A model generated the notes under the pieces. That model made no database searches and had not been told where the DNA came from. It worked only from the letters and a program-made list of their open reading frames with translations. Shown here piece after piece: positions 31,298-41,138 of a DNA stretch of 64,000 bases; positions within the stretch are counted from its first letter, which is position 1; the number at the start of each line of letters is the position of its first letter. Origin of the DNA: an uncultured Spirochaetota bacterium (lineage in GTDB: Bacteria; Spirochaetota; Spirochaetia; SZUA-6; Fen-1364); NCBI GenBank assembly GCA_963745235.1, contig CAVUXE010000052.1:224001-288000 (forward strand), written 5' to 3'. Position numbers and translations under genes: made by a program.

Positions 31298-32149
31298 TCA
31301 GGCCGCCCGCTTCTCCGTCAGGAAAAGGACCACGTCACCGAATCCGAGCCTCTTTGCGAGCCTGTCAACCGGCTTCTTGATGAGCAGGGGCGCCGTCCCC
31401 ACGGCCAGCCCTCCCCAGGTGACCGTCTTGATGATGCTGAACCCCGAGTCCCGCAGGACCCTGCCCAGCGTGCGCCGGGAGAAAAGGACGAGGTGGTCCG
31501 CAATCGCGGATCGCCAGCCTGTCCCGAAGAGCCTCGCCTGGAACCCGTCCACGTTGGGAGTGGTGATGACGGCGAATCCCCCTGGCTTCAAAATCCGAAG
31601 CACCTCCGTAAGGAACCCCCGAGGATCAGGCACATGCTCGATGAGATGGGAGAAGTGCACCACGGAGAAGCTGTTGTCCGGGAAGGCGGCTTCGTGGAGC
31701 GTGCCGGGAAAGATATCAACTCCCCGGTGCCGCTTTCCGTACTCCGCGGACTCCCGGCAGATGTCGACCCCCTGGACGGTCCACCCCTTGTGCTGCATGG
31801 ATTCGAGGAGCATCCCCGTGGCGCATCCGATGTCGAGAAATGTCCTGTGACTCCCGAGCCTGGCCGCCCTGGCCTCGAAGTCAACGTCCCTCAGGCCGAG
31901 CTCCATCAGCGTGAAGAAGTTGCGCTCGTTGCGATACTCGTAAGCGAAGTAGCTTTCCCCGTAGCGCCGGCGCAGGTCCTCGAAAGCCGGGGATGGGTCC
32001 TGGTAGACGGCAGAGCATGCGGAGCAGCGCACAAACGCAAATCCGTCGCACGCCAGGAAAGGAGAGCGCGCCACGGAGGCGCAGAGGGGGCACGGAATGG
32101 ACTCAAAGCGTTCGGCGCCAGGCACGGATGAATATGTTTTCGGCATCAC
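31298..32149 (-). CDS. Class I SAM-dependent methyltransferase with N-terminal zinc ribbon
   Basis: CPLC...CSAC; LDIGCATG; IEHVPDP; LKPGG. Confidence 0.9.
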   Translation of the reverse strand: MMPKTYSSVPGAERFESIPCPLCASVARSPFLACDGFAFVRCSACSAVYQDPSPAFEDLRRRYGESYFAYEYRNERNFFTLMELGLRDVDFEARAARLGSHRTFLDIGCATGMLLESMQHKGWTVQGVDICRESAEYGKRHRGVDIFPGTLHEAAFPDNSFSVVHFSHLIEHVPDPRGFLTEVLRILKPGGFAVITTPNVDGFQARLFGTGWRSAIADHLVLFSRRTLGRVLRDSGFSIIKTVTWGGLAVGTAPLLIKKPVDRLAKRLGFGDVVLFLTEKRAA

Positions 32150-32226
32150 AGCCTCCGTTGATCTCGTTCGCCGACGGGTGCCGCAGACCGACCAACAGTC
32201 GCGGCGTATCCACCGCAGCGTTCAAT

Positions 32227-33108
32227 CTATTCTCGGACTGTGAATGAGATTTCCTTTGTGGTTTCGTTCCCCGCAAAATTGCGCACGGAAAGGTCCAGAT
32301 GACTGTTGCCGGCGCGCAGGTCGACGCCTCCGCATTTCACGAGACCGTCGCCCGTGTACACGCTGCCCAGCGGCAGCCGTGCTCCGCCCAGCGTGAGGCG
32401 GCCATCCGAAACCTGGAGGGAGTCGAAGACGATTCTGGCCACTTCCTTGCCGTCCACCTCCAGGCGGACACCGTACAGACCGAGGGGCCAGTGGAACCTG
32501 ACATCCTGGCGCAGGTCATAGGCTTCAGCGATGATCTGCCCCTGCCCCGCCGGCACTTTTGCGCCGTTATCCAGCGGGATGAGCGTGCCGCCCGCGGAGA
32601 GAAGCACTCTCCGTATCACCGGCGCTTGCGTGTCGGCCACGGGAGGGAGGAAGGAAAGGGGATTCACGAAGGAGGCTGTCTCTTCGTCATACAGGGAAAA
32701 ATGCAGGTGCACGCCGTCGGAGGAGCCTGTGTCTCCGCTCGCCCCCAGGGTCTCTCCGGCCGCATATGCGGTCCGCACGGGACCGAGAGAGCCCTTCTTC
32801 AGGTTGCAGGAGGTGGTTTCTATTTTTCCCTCGTGGTGCAGCGCGACGAAGCTGCCCAGGCCCCGAGGAAGCGAAGAGTAGTCCTGGTCCTCGTCGTAGC
32901 GGAAAACAAGCTCACCGGCAAGAACTGCATGCACGTCCTGCTGGCCGCCCCCGATATCAAGCCCGTCGAAGAAATGGCCGTCCTGGTCCTGGGCAAAAGT
33001 CCCAATGATGATCTTTTTTTCGACCGGCCAATCCAGGCCCCGCAGCGGGAGCACGGCGGCAAGAAAGAAAAAAGCGACGCCGACCAGAAGGCACGCCTGA
33101 CGCATCAC
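32227..33108 (-). CDS. M23-family peptidase-like exported protein
   Basis: Signal peptide; G(L)D, SGDTGSSDGVHLHF, VNPL motifs; first His motif appears degenerate. Confidence 0.75.
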   Translation of the reverse strand: MMRQACLLVGVAFFFLAAVLPLRGLDWPVEKKIIIGTFAQDQDGHFFDGLDIGGGQQDVHAVLAGELVFRYDEDQDYSSLPRGLGSFVALHHEGKIETTSCNLKKGSLGPVRTAYAAGETLGASGDTGSSDGVHLHFSLYDEETASFVNPLSFLPPVADTQAPVIRRVLLSAGGTLIPLDNGAKVPAGQGQIIAEAYDLRQDVRFHWPLGLYGVRLEVDGKEVARIVFDSLQVSDGRLTLGGARLPLGSVYTGDGLVKCGGVDLRAGNSHLDLSVRNFAGNETTKEISFTVRE

Positions 33109-34241
33109 AGGGCCTCCACATCCACCCGCAGGAGCCTGCCACCCACGCCAAGGAGCAACTGACCGTCAACAGATCCGAGGAACATGTCTCCCACGGGAAA
33201 GGACTCGGAGCCGAGGGTTCGCAGGAATGGAAAAACCAGGCTGATGTTTACCCGTTGCCCGTCACGCGCTGCAAAGGCTGCAATCCTTGCATCCTGCAGA
33301 AAAGCGGAACCTGCAAGCAGCCCCCGAAGAGGCACGGCGGAAAGCCTCCCGCCCTGCGGCTCGACCAGGCCCACCGCATCGCCTGCTTCATAGAAGAGGT
33401 AGCGGGAGTCAGGAGAGAATCCCATGCGGACTTCGCGACGGAAATCCGTGGACAACCCGGCTCGCAGGGCCACTGTGTAGCTGGCGCCGCTTTGGCCGAG
33501 GACGGTGAGCGCTTGCGGCCCGATGCCCGAAACCGACGCGATGAAAGATCCGTCCCGCGTCACCGCGCATCCGTAGATGACGGGGATGCGGCTTGGGCCG
33601 GGAGGGCCCTGATAGAGGAGGGCGCCGCTGCGGTTGAGAAGCTGAAGGGAGCCGTTGAGGAGGCCGATCAGCAGGAAGTTTCGCTGAATGGAGATTGACG
33701 TCATGATTGCAGGGAAGTCCCTGGTCCAGGCAGGATCCCCGTTCCTGTCCACTTCGGCCAGGCCCGTGAGATCGGAGTTGACCACGAGGACCCGGCTCCC
33801 GTCCGCGCTGAGCAGGGGATACCCGTCGCCGGAGAAGCTCACCACCCGTTCCCCCCGGGGATCGCGCATGATCCAGTCGGTTCCCGTTCGCGCATAGTTG
33901 ATATAGCCGGACCGTGAGAGAGCAACCTGAAAAAGCCGGTGGCCGACATGAAGCAGCGTTCCATCGGGTTCGACATAGCCGAAGACGTCCCCCAGCCGGA
34001 ACGGGAAAGCTCCCTGCGGCCCGGCGGTTGGAGCGGGCTCCCCGCCCGCGGGGCTGTTCGACGGCGCAGGGACCACGCTCACGGCCCAGACAGGCTTTGC
34101 CACGAGCTCCTTACCCAAGGGATAGGGGAAAAGGGCAAAATAGAGTACGATGAGAAGGACGGACGTGAAGAAGATGCTCGCCGGTCGCCTTTTTTTCATG
34201 CAGGGTTCCCTTGAACAAGGAAATCGAGCCATTGCGGACAA
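33105..34241 (-). CDS. Membrane-anchored beta-propeller-like protein (start probably at MKKRR)
   Basis: N-terminal TM helix, repeated beta-strand pattern (LSADGSR, VTRDGS, FSPDSRY). Confidence 0.6.
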   Translation of the reverse strand: MSAMARFPCSREPCMKKRRPASIFFTSVLLIVLYFALFPYPLGKELVAKPVWAVSVVPAPSNSPAGGEPAPTAGPQGAFPFRLGDVFGYVEPDGTLLHVGHRLFQVALSRSGYINYARTGTDWIMRDPRGERVVSFSGDGYPLLSADGSRVLVVNSDLTGLAEVDRNGDPAWTRDFPAIMTSISIQRNFLLIGLLNGSLQLLNRSGALLYQGPPGPSRIPVIYGCAVTRDGSFIASVSGIGPQALTVLGQSGASYTVALRAGLSTDFRREVRMGFSPDSRYLFYEAGDAVGLVEPQGGRLSAVPLRGLLAGSAFLQDARIAAFAARDGQRVNISLVFPFLRTLGSESFPVGDMFLGSVDGQLLLGVGGRLLRVDVEAL

Positions 34242-34289
34242 GGACGGCGAGGCATGGGCAAGCCTAAGCAGCGCGGAGGGTGTTTGTCA

Positions 34290-34700
34290 ATGAGAAAACC
34301 TGATCCCGAAGAGCTCATCTCCCGCGCGCGTGAGGCGGCCGGCAATTCATACTCTCCCTACTCGCTTTTCCCCGTTGGAGCCGCCCTGGTGTGTTCGGAT
34401 GGAATAGTCATCACCGGCGCCAACGTGGAGAACCGGTCATACGGCCTGGCTTGCTGCGCGGAGAGAAGCGCCATTTTCGCGGCGGTTTCGCAGGGAAAAA
34501 GAGAGTTTCAGGCCATTGCGGTCTGTTGTCCGAAATCCGACGTGCCTGTCTCTCCGTGCGGCGCTTGCCGCCAGGTTCTTGGCGAGTTCTGTCCGCCGGA
34601 TATGCCTGTCTACTTTGCCGGGAAGGGCAGCGACTACATCACTGCAAGCGTCGGGGAGCTCCTGCCCCATGATTCGCTGCACAATCTGAAAAAGGCCTGA
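34290..34700 (+). CDS. cdd: Cytidine deaminase (homotetrameric type)
   Basis: YSPYSLFPVGAA, GANVEN, CAERSA, PCGACRQ. Confidence 0.95.
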   Translation: MRKPDPEELISRAREAAGNSYSPYSLFPVGAALVCSDGIVITGANVENRSYGLACCAERSAIFAAVSQGKREFQAIAVCCPKSDVPVSPCGACRQVLGEFCPPDMPVYFAGKGSDYITASVGELLPHDSLHNLKKA

Positions 34701-34703
34701 CTC

Positions 34704-35510
34704 CTATTTCTTCGGAGCGTCGGCCTTCTTGATGTCATTCTCCATCTTGGTGCGCCATATGTCGGTTTTCTTTTTCACCACGTCCGCCTGCTCTGACTCC
34801 CCCAGGATCACGTGAAGCCTGCGCACGGCCGCAAGAAAGTTGATTCCCGCCTTGATATCGTCAATGCGCATGGTGGAAAGCTCGTACTTCTCCCGGTAGC
34901 GGTCCGCGGCCTGCTGCAGGAGCGCGCGGGCCAGCCCGAGGTGCGCCATGCGCGCTCCAAAGCCCGCCACTCGTGGATCCATTCCCGCCACGAAGGTCTT
35001 GAGATTGAGCAGGTTCTTGGCAATCACGGCAAACCTGCCCTCGAGCTCGACAAAAGACCATTTCCACTTGGAGTTCTCCCCGTATCCCTCCTCCAGGGAG
35101 TCTATGGTGAATCCAAGCTTGCGCACCAGGTTGTACCTGTCGTCATCCGAAACCGAAACAATGGTTTCCAGGCCCTGCTCGTAGTCGGAGAACGGCGCAT
35201 CAATCATGGGGGAGACTATCTCCTCCAGGTAGATGAGCGCCTTGTAAATGCACTTGCGTCCCTCGTTCAGATAGGCTTCGTTTTTTACGCCCAGGAACGA
35301 CAGGGAAAGAGAGTTCATGACGAGATACTGGGCAACGAGGTCCAGGTTGTCGTCAACGAGCGCCAGTCTCTTGAAGCTTGCCCCCTCGGTGCCCGCCGCG
35401 ATCTGCTCCTTGACCTTTTTTTCCTTCTCCAGAACGCCATCGATGGCGTTCTTGTAGTCCTTTATGTAGTCGACGTAGCGGCGTCTAGCTTCGTCGCTGG
35501 GCTTCTTCAT
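34704..35510 (-). CDS. Conserved helical hypothetical protein
   Basis: 268-aa ORF coupled to recN; contains NSKWKWSFVELEGR; function unknown. Confidence 0.7.
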   Translation of the reverse strand: MKKPSDEARRRYVDYIKDYKNAIDGVLEKEKKVKEQIAAGTEGASFKRLALVDDNLDLVAQYLVMNSLSLSFLGVKNEAYLNEGRKCIYKALIYLEEIVSPMIDAPFSDYEQGLETIVSVSDDDRYNLVRKLGFTIDSLEEGYGENSKWKWSFVELEGRFAVIAKNLLNLKTFVAGMDPRVAGFGARMAHLGLARALLQQAADRYREKYELSTMRIDDIKAGINFLAAVRRLHVILGESEQADVVKKKTDIWRTKMENDIKKADAPKK

Positions 35511-37205
35511 CTCTCATCCTTCTGAGGGCCATACTTTGCGAGCAGCTCACCGGCATGCTGGAGTGAGAGCTCTCCCTTGCGATCTCCCGCCAGCATGCGC
35601 GCAATTTCCTCCTGCCGCGCTGCGCCGGTAACCTTCTCCACCCGCGTAACGGTGCGGCCGGACTGAGTGACCTTCTCGATCCTGAGATGATTATCGGCTC
35701 GCACGGCTATGGTAGCAAGATGCGTGATGCACAAAACCTGCTTGTGCCGCGCCAGGGCCCCGAGCCTTTCCCCGACTGCCAACGCAACCTCACCGCCTAT
35801 CCCGGCGTCCACCTCGTCGAAGATGAGAGAGCTGACGTGATCCGATTCGGCGAGGACCCCCTTGATGGCAAGCATCACGCGAGAGAGCTCACCACCGGAA
35901 GCGATGGCGCGCAGCTTCTTGAACGGCTCCCCCAGGTTGGGAGAGATGACGAACTCTATTGCATCCTTTCCCCACGGCGTGAGGACGGGAGTTCCCTCCC
36001 GCGCCGCATCCTGGATGAGGACGCGGAAGCTCACCTTTGGCATGCCCAGCTGCCGGAGCTCGGATTCGATCTTCTTCTGAAGATCCGCGCTTGCCGCCTT
36101 CCTCTTCTCCGAGAGCTCACGCGCAACGGCGCCGATCTCCTTCTCTGTCCGGCCGATCTCCTCCTCCAGGCTCTTCTTTTCCCCTTCCCAGTTCTCCATG
36201 CCTGCAAGCTCCTGCTCGCCGGACCGGCAATATTCCAGGACGGCTTCCACGGTGTCCCCGTATTTCTTCTCCAGGGAGCGGATGGCCGAAAGGCGTGATT
36301 GCACGTCGTCCAGCCGACCGGGGCTGAAATCCGTGCGGGACTTGTACTGCCGTACGCTTTCGGCAAAGTCCTCGATCTCGTAGAACGCATCTTCCAACTG
36401 GTGGGACTGCCGGGAAAGAGAGGAATCTATTGCGAGGATCTCCTCCATGGAGTGCCGCGCCTTGCGCAGGGCCGACAGCACCCCTCCCGCTCCCTCTGCA
36501 ATCGCGCCGTGCACCTCCTCCAGGAGGGTGAAGAGCTTCTCGTGATGCACAAGGATAGCCAGCTCTTTCTCCAGCTCTTCCTCTTCTCCGGCGCGGGGGG
36601 CGAGGGCCTTGATCTCGTTCACCGCATACGTCAGCAGGTCGATGCGGCGCAGCCTCTCCCGTTCGTCGCTCACGAGGGAAGAAAGTCTCTCCCGAAGCGA
36701 CGCGAGGGATGCATACAGAGAGTGGAAACGATCCGCCAGCCCCTCCGTGCCGGCCCACCTGTCAACGAGCCTGCGATGGTTCTCCAGGTCCAGGAGAGAC
36801 TGGTGCTCGTGCTGGCCATGGAGGTCGAACAGAAGGGAGGAAAAGTCGTGGAGGTCTGTGCGAGTCACGGGAGAGGACTGGATGAAAAGGGATCCGCGGC
36901 CATTGGATTTCAGCATCCTGCGCAGGATGACAACGCCGTCCTCCGGCTCGATCCCTCGCGCGGAAAGCCACTGCGCGGCCTCCGTGTTGCCGGCAAGGGA
37001 GACAATACCGGACACGCTTGTCTCCTCCGCCCCCGACCTGATGATGGACGTGTCTGTCTTGTCCCCCAGGAGAAGGCCGAGCGCGCCGACCAGGAGGGAC
37101 TTGCCCGGCGCCGGTCTCTCCGCTCAGGACGTTCAATCCTTCAGCGAAGCGCACCTGCAGCTTGTCGATGATGGCATAATTGTGGACGTGAAGCTCCTCA
37201 AGCAT
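35507..37205 (-). CDS. recN: DNA repair protein RecN (one frameshift in Walker A near 37105, probably an indel error)
   Basis: LSGETGAG(K)S, LHGQHEHQ, ASGGELSR, FDEVDAGIGG, LCITHL. Confidence 0.95.
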
Positions 37206-38076
37206 TCGGCTCCCCCGCCCAGTTGAGCTTTGTCCTGAGCACTTCGTAGAAGCTCCGCCGGTCCGTTCGGACGATGAGGGTCTTCTGCTCTGCCCGGCGC
37301 ATGATGACGCTGTCCCGGGGGTGCAGGAAGAAAGTCTCCTGCCCGTCGATCGTCAGGACTGTCTCCGCCTTCTGCGGCTCCTCCACCTCGATGCGAAGAA
37401 CCACGGACGCCGGTACGACGGTTGGACGATTGGACAGGGTGAACGGACAAATGGGGGTGAGGATGAATGCTTCCATCTCGGGATGGAGAATGGGGCCGCC
37501 TGCCGCCATTGAGTACGCGGTGGAACCCGTTGGCGTGGCCACGATGACCCCGTCCGCGCGATACCTCCCCAGGTACTGCTCGGAGAAGAATATCTTGAGC
37601 CTGATCATGCGCGAGATTCCTCCAATCCCAATGACGGCCTCATTGAGCCCGAGGAATGCGCCAATCTCCTTTCCCTCTCGAATCACCGTCACGGAAAGCA
37701 TGACCCGTTCGCCCACCGCGAGGCGCCCGGCAAGATACTTCTCCCAGGTGTCTACGAGCTCGTTCCGCGAGACCTCCGTGATGAACCCGAAGTCTCCCAT
37801 GTTGACCGCGAGGATGGGCACCTCGGAGCCGCGCGCTCGAGACTGCGCGAGCATCCGCGCGCAGGAAAGGAGGGTGCCGTCTCCGCCAAGGGTGATGGCA
37901 AGGTCAACGTCAGTGAGCGTCTCCCTGCCGGTGTGGTTTGTATAGTCGACGAGGATGGCCTCGGCGCCGTGCGCGCGAGAGAAGTCTTCTATCGTCTGTA
38001 CGACGCTTTTCACGTCGTCCTTCTGGGAGTTGATGACGACGAGCACCTTGCGCATCCGAGGCAGCGGGACAGCCAT
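37198..38076 (-). CDS. nadK: NAD kinase
   Basis: GGDGTLL, LNE, ADGVIVATPTGSTAYSMAAGGP; upstream of recN. Confidence 0.96.
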   Translation of the reverse strand: MAVPLPRMRKVLVVINSQKDDVKSVVQTIEDFSRAHGAEAILVDYTNHTGRETLTDVDLAITLGGDGTLLSCARMLAQSRARGSEVPILAVNMGDFGFITEVSRNELVDTWEKYLAGRLAVGERVMLSVTVIREGKEIGAFLGLNEAVIGIGGISRMIRLKIFFSEQYLGRYRADGVIVATPTGSTAYSMAAGGPILHPEMEAFILTPICPFTLSNRPTVVPASVVLRIEVEEPQKAETVLTIDGQETFFLHPRDSVIMRRAEQKTLIVRTDRRSFYEVLRTKLNWAGEPNA

Positions 38077-38125
38077 GTGCGCTAACTATAGTTGCGCCAC
38101 GACGGGAAGGCAAGGGTACGCGGTA

Positions 38126-38153
38126 CGGGAGTACCCGTTCGGCGAGTACGCCG
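38126..38153. repeat. Second copy (inverted) of the 28-bp twin-hairpin element
   Basis: Reverse complement CGGCGTACTCGCCGAACGGGTACTCCCG matches 21053-21080 at 27 of 28 positions. Confidence 0.8.
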
Positions 38154-38172
38154 TACGCGGCTTGCGCCGCCG

Positions 38173-39197
38173 CTATGGCAGGGTGGCCAGGACCTTGGCG
38201 ACGGTTTCCACGTCGCGCTTTCCCAGCATCGGGTAGAGGGGGAACAGCAGGCAGCGCAGAACGAGAGAGCGCGCGTTGACGCATTGGGCGCCTGGACCGT
38301 CGTCCAACGCCGCGACGGTGTCCGCAAACGCCGGCATCGTGTCCACGTTCTTCTTCAATGCATACTGCCGCACTTCCTTCATCCCGTCAGTCAGGCCCAC
38401 GGGAAAGGAGGAGAGCACGTTTTCCGCTTCGAGCTTTGACACCAGGCTCTTGTGGCGGGACTTCAGAAGGGACTGTGAGAACAGAGCGGAAATCTCGCGG
38501 CGGACGCGCGCGAAGTTTTCCAGGGCCGCCATCTGGGAAATCCCGAGCGCCGCATTCATGTCGGCGAGCGGAGAATACAGGGGCGAGCTCTCCACGACGC
38601 GCCGCAGGGCGGTCAGCAGCTGTTTGCTCTTTGCCAGCACGAGGGCGCCCCCGCCGCACGTGATAATGTTCTCCGGTTCCAGGGAAACCAGGCAGATGTC
38701 GGCCTTCGAGCCGCACAGTTGCTCTGCGACCCTGCCGCCGAGCCCCTGCGAGGCATCTTCCAGGATCGGAAGCCCATGCGCGCGGAGGCCTTCCACGTCG
38801 GTGACTACTCCGAGGGTGTGGTGGACCAGGATTGCTTTGGCGCCTTTCTGGGCAAGCCTTGCCGCTTCCTGGGGGTCAAGTGAGCCGGACTCCTGCTCCA
38901 CGTCCGCCACGAGCGGAACAAGGCCCCTGTCGTGCAGCACCCGCAACCACACAGACGGGGAGAGGGCCGGCAGGATCACCGGATCCTGGGGGAAAGCCCC
39001 AGGGCTTCGAGAGCAACCGAGAGGGCCAGGTATGAATTGCACAAGGAGACCCCGCCCGCGTGCCCGAGCAGCTGGCACGCGCGGGAGATCAGCTCACGCG
39101 AAATCTCCCCCGGCCCGAGCTTGTCGGAGACGATGCAGGACAGGACGCTGCCCATGTCCTTTCTCTTGACGGTGGGACGAAAGACTGGTAATGCCAT
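38173..39197 (-). CDS. DegT/DnrJ/EryC1/StrS-family aminotransferase-like protein (one frameshift near 38995)
   Basis: ILEDASQGLG, IITCGGGALV, DMNAALGISQ, LLFPLYP; the canonical PLP lysine is not evident. Confidence 0.8.
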
Positions 39198-39233
39198 GTT
39201 TCCTCAATGAGCCGCCTTCGACGGGGCTTTGTC

Positions 39234-39275
39234 AAGCTCAGCCCGAAAGCTCAGCCCGAAAGCAGCTCAGCCCGC
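39234..39275. repeat. Short 13-bp tandem triplication at the pcm stop codon
   Basis: AAGCTCAGCCCGA twice plus a degenerate third copy. Confidence 0.65.
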
Positions 39276-39923
39276 AAACCCGCCCTCACCGATGAGGGGC
39301 ACGAACCTGCACCCGATGCTCTCCTGGGAGACGAACGATCCGCCGATCCTGCGGACCACGACGATGATTTGCGACCGCCGCCAATCTCCCACGGGGACCA
39401 CAAGGATTCCGTTGTCCGCCAGCTGCCTCTGAAGCGCAGTCGGCACCGTTGGGGCGGCCGCGGTGACAAGGATGCGGTCAAACGGCGCCTCCTCCGGCCA
39501 GCCGGGTCCGCCGTCAGCCGTCTTGAACGTGACATTCGTGAATCCCAGGGAGCCGAGTGTCCTCTCCGCCATGGCCGCAAGCTCGGGGATGCGTTCCACG
39601 GTGAAGACGCTCGCCGCAATCATCCCCAGGATGGCCGCCTGGTATCCGCTGCCGGTCCCGATCTCCAGGACCTTCTCACCGCCGCTGAGGCTCAGCTCCT
39701 GGGTCATGAAGGCAACCATGTAGGGCTGAGAGATTGTCTGCCCATGGCCGATGGGCACAGGGTAGTCGGCGTAGGCGGTAGCGCGATTGCCAGCGGGGAC
39801 GAACTCGTGACGCGGCACGCTGCGCATGGCCTCGAGGACGCGCTGGTCGTCGATGTCGCGGTTCTCGATCTGGAGCTTCACCATGCGCTCGGCTTCGGCG
39901 TTTTTCCCCCAGGAAAGTCGCAC
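39267..39923 (-). CDS. pcm: Protein-L-isoaspartate O-methyltransferase (start approximate)
   Basis: VPRHEFV, GQTISQPYMVA, LEIGTGSGYQAA, APFDRILVTAAA, RFVPL. Confidence 0.95.
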   Translation of the reverse strand: MRLSWGKNAEAERMVKLQIENRDIDDQRVLEAMRSVPRHEFVPAGNRATAYADYPVPIGHGQTISQPYMVAFMTQELSLSGGEKVLEIGTGSGYQAAILGMIAASVFTVERIPELAAMAERTLGSLGFTNVTFKTADGGPGWPEEAPFDRILVTAAAPTVPTALQRQLADNGILVVPVGDWRRSQIIVVVRRIGGSFVSQESIGCRFVPLIGEGGFAG

Positions 39924-39936
39924 GGCGGCGCCGGGA

Positions 39937-40797
39937 CTACACTGCCACGAGAACTGGCAGCTCGCTCCTGCGGATGAGGTGGGATGCCGTGGGGCCAAGG
40001 AGGTAGTCACGCATCTTGTGCCTGCCATGCGCGCCAATGAGGATCATGTCCACGCCTTCCCGTTTTGCGATCCGGGAAATCAGGTCAACGGGCTTTCCCG
40101 TTTCCGTGAGGAGCCGGTAGGGAATCCCATGGCCGTTCAGGTAGCCCAGCTCGGAGGCAACGGGGAAGCTCTCCTCCAGCTCCTCCCTGACGGTGAGCAC
40201 CACCATCTCCTCCCAGATGTTCCCCAGGGCGTTCACGCAGAATTGAAGCGCTTTCTCCGCTCCCGGGCTTCCATCGTAGGGAAAGAGCATCCGCTTGGGG
40301 CTGTGAAAGGGCATGGGGCAGACGAGCACGGGCCGCGGGGAGGAGCGCACCACGTCCTCCGTCGTCGACCCGACGATTGCCCTTTCGATGTGGGCATGCT
40401 CGCCTTTCTGCCCAACAACAAGGAGGTCCCCCGAGCGGGTCTCCTCAGCAAGCACCCCGGAGGGCAGCCCTTCGCGCAGGACGGTGGTGGCCTTGATCCC
40501 CACTGTCTCTGCCTCGCTTCGACACCGGTCGAGGCAGTTCTCCGCGAAGGACTTGATGTCCTTCCTCACCTGCTCGTAAAAGCCCTTCAGGCCCGGGTCA
40601 GGCGGGATGTACACGCGCTCGAACCCGTAATCGAAGTGACTGGCCGTGTAGATGATGGGAAGGTCGGTTTTGCGTGAATCAATGACAAAGACGATCTTGA
40701 CGGCCGCGCTCACGCGGCCCGCAAGGTCGACGGCGTACTGAAACGCCGCCAGGGAGTTGGGCGATCCGTCTATTCCTGTGACGATCTGCCCGATCAC
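39937..40797 (-). CDS. Tandem-domain universal stress protein
   Basis: GIDGSPNS, LLVVGQKG, GSTTEDVVRSSPRPVLV; second domain YDGS...GAHG...LPVL. Confidence 0.92.
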   Translation of the reverse strand: MIGQIVTGIDGSPNSLAAFQYAVDLAGRVSAAVKIVFVIDSRKTDLPIIYTASHFDYGFERVYIPPDPGLKGFYEQVRKDIKSFAENCLDRCRSEAETVGIKATTVLREGLPSGVLAEETRSGDLLVVGQKGEHAHIERAIVGSTTEDVVRSSPRPVLVCPMPFHSPKRMLFPYDGSPGAEKALQFCVNALGNIWEEMVVLTVREELEESFPVASELGYLNGHGIPYRLLTETGKPVDLISRIAKREGVDMILIGAHGRHKMRDYLLGPTASHLIRRSELPVLVAV

Positions 40798-41012
40798 CCC
40801 TGCACTTTCCCCCCGCCCGCAACCGGGCTCTTCTCTGCGGTCTTTTGCGCCTGGGAGTCCTTGTCATGGAGCTTCGACAGCTTGTACTGCTTGAGCAGCA
40901 GCCGGATGGCGTCGTTTATGCCTTCGGTCCTGCTGACGTAGTAGCCTTCTTTGATCATTTCATCGAGCCCTTCGAGAAGCTCGGTTGAAGTCTCAACGAA
41001 TGTCTTTGACAC
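40794..41012 (-). CDS. Small ribbon-helix-helix (CopG/Arc-like) DNA-binding protein
   Basis: ELLEGLDEMIKEGYYVSRTEGINDAIRLL matches the RHH pattern; GTG start preceded by GGAG. Confidence 0.7.
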   Translation of the reverse strand: MSKTFVETSTELLEGLDEMIKEGYYVSRTEGINDAIRLLLKQYKLSKLHDKDSQAQKTAEKSPVAGGGKVQG

Positions 41013-41138
41013 TGCTCCCTCCTGCTGCCGCGGCCCCCACAAGAGCTGACGCTGCGGCCATACTACAGCGCTCCGCACAGGAGCGCAAGTCCGCCGACCC
41101 TCTCACGGGTATGCCATGGGAAGGAAATGTGTGAGTGG

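Noticed and set aside
39234-39275. Functional repeat at the pcm 3' end
   Set aside because: A short slippage-type triplication around the stop codon with no coding consequence; recorded as a feature only.
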